A stretch of 64,000 bases of DNA, taken from Lepidodermella squamata (lineage: Eukaryota > Animalia > Gastrotricha). The stretch lies in NCBI GenBank assembly GCA_047495785.1, contig JBLDXI010000028.1, positions 1,426,001 through 1,490,000 of the forward strand, given 5' to 3'. Within the stretch, counting starts at the first letter, position 1. Every line of letters starts with the position of its first letter. Both the position numbers and the translations under genes were made by a program. The notes beneath the pieces were generated by a model. The model saw only the letters and a program-made list of their open reading frames with translations, did no database searches and was not told the DNA's origin. Below are positions 61,752 to 64,000 of the stretch, piece by piece.

Positions 61752-62930
61752 TCAATAATCTCTGAATACTTTATTCGTATAAGCCATGTTTATCACCATA
61801 GCGTATGCAATCACAGAAATGCAGAAAACGACAAAATCTATCGCACGATGTCGATAAATGCAGAGTATGGTTGACTTCCTAGACACCGGGCATTTAAACC
61901 ACGACCTCCAGGCCGTCGACCAGCCGCAGCTTAGTAGAAAATACGCAGTCCAAATCAGAGAAAGTAACGAGCAAATATATGTAAAATCTGATAGAAAAAT
62001 GTGCTGATTTTTCCTTGGGACACTATCAGCAACCTGCCCTGCTAGAAACGTCAGAGCTAGTAGGATCGTCACGGCAAAAACTGGCCGATCAGGCTTTTCT
62101 GGTGGCATAGCAAAACATAGTAGCTGCAAACCAGACAACAATGAAGAAGGTATCATCAGATGCATGACGTAGTAGTCAGGTCTCCGCCGCATGACAATTG
62201 AAAAAGCGACTTCACTCCTATGATTGCCATCGATATCAACTTGGTATAAAGCATACGAGGAGTTCAATAAATCCCAGTTGTCATTCGAAGTCAAGAAGCT
62301 GTCGAAAACTCGAAAATTAACAGGATAAGCAAACGCAACGGCCAAAGCGTTTTCTTGCATTGTAAACACGATTTTGCACTCTTGTTTATCGAAAGGGAAG
62401 TGCTGAAGGTCGAACGAGCATTGCGAGAGAAAAGATCCATAGCGGTTCCAGGTGAATTCTATCGAATGTTTCGGCGGGTTGGTGTATTTGAGGAAAAACC
62501 TATTCACAAACCCTTCGTTCATTCCGAAATTGCGAGGGGTGTTGCGATGATTAATATTGGGCTTCCAGAATAGGTCCTTGTCCAAGAATAAGATGAATTG
62601 GTAATCAGGTGTATAAGCTGGGCACGGGATTGTCCATACAAACCGCAGAGAGGCAGACAGTGTGAATGTTTCCTGCAAATCATCGATATCGTCCAAATGC
62701 TCCGGTTGCAGCATGACTGTTACATTGGTTGGCGAGCATGGATACCCGCGACCTTGGCCTCTAATGCAAGTGGGCGTGTAAATTTCGGGGATAATGTTTG
62801 GACATTTCTGCAGCAAATTGAAAGTTTGCTGTTTTGTGAGGCGTTCCAAGTTGTTTACATCAAGCAGGATTTGACCATAACCTGACGATGACGAGAATAT
62901 TAAGACTGATATAATCAGCAAATTTTTCAT
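61752..62930 (-). CDS. Divergent intronless Cys-loop channel subunit
   Basis: Signal peptide; CSFDLQHFPFDKQEC; MRRRPDYY; M2 PDRPVFAVTILLALTFL. Confidence 0.9.
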   Translation of the reverse strand: MKNLLIISVLIFSSSSGYGQILLDVNNLERLTKQQTFNLLQKCPNIIPEIYTPTCIRGQGRGYPCSPTNVTVMLQPEHLDDIDDLQETFTLSASLRFVWTIPCPAYTPDYQFILFLDKDLFWKPNINHRNTPRNFGMNEGFVNRFFLKYTNPPKHSIEFTWNRYGSFLSQCSFDLQHFPFDKQECKIVFTMQENALAVAFAYPVNFRVFDSFLTSNDNWDLLNSSYALYQVDIDGNHRSEVAFSIVMRRRPDYYVMHLMIPSSLLSGLQLLCFAMPPEKPDRPVFAVTILLALTFLAGQVADSVPRKNQHIFLSDFTYICSLLSLIWTAYFLLSCGWSTAWRSWFKCPVSRKSTILCIYRHRAIDFVVFCISVIAYAMVINMAYTNKVFRDY

Positions 62931-64000
62931 TAAGAAGACGATGTTCAGGGCTAGATCCGATTATATATGAAGGCATATTATCATAACAGTTATTAGGTCG
63001 ACATTATTCGGCTCGGTAGAGAGCACTTAGAATAGCGTGACTTATTTGTACTAATGAGTTACTTTGACGAGTGCAATTCTGACGATCCATGAGTGGAAAA
63101 ATGTGTCGCAATTTTCTGTAAAAATATGGGTTGCTTCAAGTGTCCCCAGCTCGTGAAAAGCGAGGACCCACCTCTTAGCGTGTTAGAGAGTATTCGAGAG
63201 CTTCTGATTTAACCTGAAAAAATCCCGATGGGGCTTCATGCTATGATTTAACTAGAAAACTCGAAGAAAACAGAACGAATGCCTATATCGTACAGCCAAT
63301 AACTGATTCACTACCCAGCTTTGTCACACTGAATGGCCATTAAATTCGAAGTGAATCCCCGGAGCCATCTGGGTTCGCGATTAATTTCATATATGAACAT
63401 TATAGATTATATATGGCAATAAAGCGCCGATATATTGCTCTGTTTTAGCAAATTTGCGATGACTGATGACTGCGGCGCAACCTGCTATTTAAGCTAAGCC
63501 TAATTGCCTTATCGTTAAAAAATATGGGAAAATTGAAGTGATTGCGTATTAAAAATTAACATATTATGGAGGAAATTCAGGCAAATGAGCGCGAGATTTT
63601 CCTAAAAGGCGTGCATAAAAGTGTTAAATGGTCACGAGGGCTAGCTTTCAGCCATTCATTCGGTTGTTGAAGATCGGAAAAGACACCCGCGCTCATTTCG
63701 AACCGTTGCTCTCATGCCATTTAGATAGTTTAGATTATATTTTAGATGGCATTAGCTTGGAATAGAATTTCATCCCGCAATTCGACCGAGCTCTTTCAGG
63801 CAAAATGTATGTATGTCATCGAAGATGAAACGGGTCGATCATCGATCAAATGAGACTTCCGCAAGAAAAGGGAAGAAATTGATGTTTTGTTTTGCCTTAA
63901 GGTAACCAAACACTGCTTTTTCGACTGTGACTGTCCATTCACACCATTGTGGAGTGAAAGCAGTTATGGATTGCGAGAGCTGTTCCCGCAGCAAGGGTCG

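Noticed and set aside
1-64000. Prokaryotic origin, CRISPR arrays or bacterial defence systems
   Set aside because: Spliceosomal introns and animal genes occur throughout; no regularly spaced repeat-spacer array was seen.

Overview
Eukaryotic (animal, probably compact-genome invertebrate) DNA with many GT-AG introns of about 45-60 nt; no prokaryotic features or CRISPR. The left part (1-13 kb) holds a tandem family of tiny secreted Cys-containing prepropeptides riddled with MITEs, an intronless divergent Cys-loop channel, a PAN/C-type-lectin/kringle mosaic gene and a HOOKLESS1-like GNAT acetyltransferase. The middle (15-41 kb) is a tightly packed housekeeping block: FoxM-like factor, AADAC-like pseudo-esterase, RNASEK, BBLN-like, MRPL52, PFK with two candidate microexons, RNF19-like, TMEM126-like and LONP2. 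Its very short intergenic gaps and unpaired splice acceptors before ATGs suggest trans-spliced operons. The right part (41-63 kb) is a co-oriented minus-strand array interleaving three orphan GABA-B-like class C GPCRs with six intronless, non-canonical Cys-loop channels. These lack the acetylcholine-binding residues, carry four extra extracellular cysteines and have a minimal M3-M4 loop. The array shows birth-and-death evolution (nonsense allele, MITE-disrupted copy, apparent gene conversion) and is the best candidate for an undescribed chemosensory receptor system. All assignments come from reading the sequence and recalled family motifs; no database searches were run.
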